The notes under the pieces were generated by a model. The model was given only the letters and a program-made list of their open reading frames with translations. It was not told the origin of the DNA and did no database searches. The position numbers were made by a program, and so were the translations under genes. Positions 62,335 to 64,000 of a stretch of DNA of 64,000 nucleotides are shown here, piece by piece. The DNA is from a virus (Duplodnaviria; Caudoviricetes), in IMG/VR virus record IMGVR_UViG_2906128962_000004, positions 1-64,000 of that record. One strand, given 5' to 3'. Position 1 is the stretch's first letter. The number at the start of each line of letters is the position of its first letter.

Positions 62335-63678
62335 ATGAAAAAACAGCCAACAGACATAAAAAAAAGTGAAGAAAACGAAAGTTCAGATGTTACAGATAAC
62401 CAGGATGAACGACGCATTAGTGATGAATTACGTAAACAGTTGGAAGCATCTGATCCCCAAGGGGCATTGAGTAAAACACTTGGAGAATACCATCGACAAA
62501 ATAGCTTGAGCGCAATAGTACGCAAACACTCAGAAGAGTTACACAAAACCCAAACTGAGAAATACGAGCGCATGCGTAAAGAGCTCATTGAAATGCAGAA
62601 ACAAGGAAGTTTTGGCGCACTGTATAGACAAATTGAGAATATCCAGAAACAAGCAGGGCTTGGCGGTTCATTGCATAAACAAATGGAAGAGATCCAGAAA
62701 AAAGCTGGTTTTGGTGGACTACTGGAAGGTATTCACAAACAGGCTGGTTTAGGTGGATTATTAGAAGGCATTCAGAAGCATGCTAGTTTTGATGGTTTGT
62801 TCCATAAACAAATAGAAGAAATTAGTAAACAAACTAGTCCAGCTTGGTATCTAAGCAACCAAACCAAGAAGATTCTTGAACAAAATAGTTTGGGCAACTT
62901 GGTTCGAAAGCAGCTTACTGATATGCAAAAACAATTAATTTTCGGTAGTCAATTGCGAGATATATTTGACGTAGAAAAGAAATTATCAGGTTTATATAGT
63001 GCCGGTTCACTGCTGAAAGATATACAAAAACAGGCTGGTCTTTTTGAATCAGTTAATTCTTTAAAACAATTTGAAAATATTTTTAATGCTTACGTTAAGG
63101 AGAATAACCCTTCCCTGTCTTACATTATGGAGCTAGGAATATCTTCAGTAGCTAAAGCTTACAACGAAGGTGTTTTAGAGACCAGTGATGAAGCAGCAAC
63201 AAAATCAGATATTAGTTCAGCCTCCACCGAAAATAACGATTACGCAAAGTTTCTCAATTTATTTAAAGCACTCCCACAACCTATTCAATTAATTATCTAC
63301 GGAATACTTTCTCATATTTTTTTAGGCGCTTTCATTGATTACGGAAAAGCTAAAGTCTTAGTTGAAATATACAAAGCTGAAACATATATTCAATCCATTT
63401 TTGATAAAAAACCAGTTACCAGAACAAATATATTGAAAGAAAACAAAAATATAGACTGGAAATCACTGAATGATTTTAGAATTATTACGGGTGAGAATGT
63501 TCGCCTCCGTGAAAAGCCATCAATGAAAAGTGAAGTTATTGAAGTCATTGGAAAAAATACGGTTGTTGCTATTTTGGACAAACGTGGTAGGCAGTGGTTA
63601 TATGTTCAAGTGCAATCAGGTGATGACCTTATAACAGGCTGGATTACTCGTACTTATACTAAACCAATCAAAGGCTGA
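62335..63678 (+). CDS. Repeat-rich helical protein with C-terminal SH3b domain
   Basis: NVRLREKPSMKSEVI...WLYVQV...GWI; 13-aa repeats; AT-rich. Confidence 0.75.
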   Translation: MKKQPTDIKKSEENESSDVTDNQDERRISDELRKQLEASDPQGALSKTLGEYHRQNSLSAIVRKHSEELHKTQTEKYERMRKELIEMQKQGSFGALYRQIENIQKQAGLGGSLHKQMEEIQKKAGFGGLLEGIHKQAGLGGLLEGIQKHASFDGLFHKQIEEISKQTSPAWYLSNQTKKILEQNSLGNLVRKQLTDMQKQLIFGSQLRDIFDVEKKLSGLYSAGSLLKDIQKQAGLFESVNSLKQFENIFNAYVKENNPSLSYIMELGISSVAKAYNEGVLETSDEAATKSDISSASTENNDYAKFLNLFKALPQPIQLIIYGILSHIFLGAFIDYGKAKVLVEIYKAETYIQSIFDKKPVTRTNILKENKNIDWKSLNDFRIITGENVRLREKPSMKSEVIEVIGKNTVVAILDKRGRQWLYVQVQSGDDLITGWITRTYTKPIKG

Positions 63679-63697
63679 AAACTGCTTTAATTTGAAA

Positions 63698-63727
63698 ATA
63701 ATCCCCATAGTTAGATATGGGGATTAT
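63698..63727. terminator. Hairpin between convergent genes
   Basis: ATAATCCCCATA-N6-TATGGGGATTAT. Confidence 0.7.
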
Positions 63728-63786
63728 TCATATCGTCAACACTCAATGACTCATTTTTAGCCACTTTATGTTGCATAACCGCAGTC

Positions 63787-64000
63787 TTACTTCTGAGTGC
63801 GGCCATCATTGTCAGACAGTGGGTTTTCACTCAACTCTTTGGATTTCATGATCAACGTCACTACCGCTCGAGCGGTTGGCTTCAATTCTACGGGAATACC
63901 TCCAAATCGTTTGTTAAGTACGGCTAACTCGCCGCGGCTTATTAGCTGCAGGTTCTCTGGCTCACAATTTAGTGGATCGTTATCTTTGAAAGTAACGCAA
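63787..64000 (-). CDS. HNH endonuclease, C-terminal part (starts beyond window)
   Basis: Manual translation CVTFKDNDPLNCEPENLQLISRGELAVLNKRF. Confidence 0.7.
   Translation of the reverse strand, partial: CVTFKDNDPLNCEPENLQLISRGELAVLNKRFGGIPVELKPTARAVVTLIMKSKELSENPLSDNDGRTQK

Larger units (their letters stand above)
1..64000. mobile_element. P1-like phage-plasmid / prophage segment (no ends visible)
   Basis: Contiguous P1-type modules: S-R-16-bplA-pmgA-sit, pmgB-tub-pmgC, bplB-pmgG-21-22-23, 5-6-24-7-25-26, mat-ref-cre-(lox)-c1-pacB-pacA-lpa. Confidence 0.96.

Overview
The whole window is a 64-kb segment of a P1-like temperate phage-plasmid (myovirus), probably from an enterobacterium. No host chromosomal genes, IS elements or CRISPR arrays were seen. 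Most genes lie on the minus strand. Structural content: tail-fibre (5' part), baseplate, tape-measure/lytic transglycosylase, tail tube/sheath, major capsid, spanins, PAAR and a gp5-6-24-7-25-26 baseplate block. Other content: Dcm-like and Dam methylases, RdgC, Mat, Ref, a Cre-family recombinase, a C1-like repressor, PacA/PacB terminase, an Lpa-like late activator, two unrelated partition modules (ParA/ParG-like and ParM/ParR-like), two toxin-antitoxin loci, HEPN-type accessory genes, a UmuD'-like gene with a LexA box, tRNA-Ile2, glycosyltransferase-like genes and a partial HNH gene. Signals read directly from the sequence include a 34-bp lox-like site (CAAAGGTAATATA-ATGGGTGT-TATATTACTTTTG) beside the Cre homolog, a 16-bp asymmetric operator family, a P1-type late-promoter family, dispersed GGATGTA-type repeat arrays, a GATC-clustered pac region, an enlarged tRNA-like RNA and a degenerate second copy of the terminase nuclease domain. 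P1 gene names rest on recalled sequence motifs, sizes and synteny. No database search was run.
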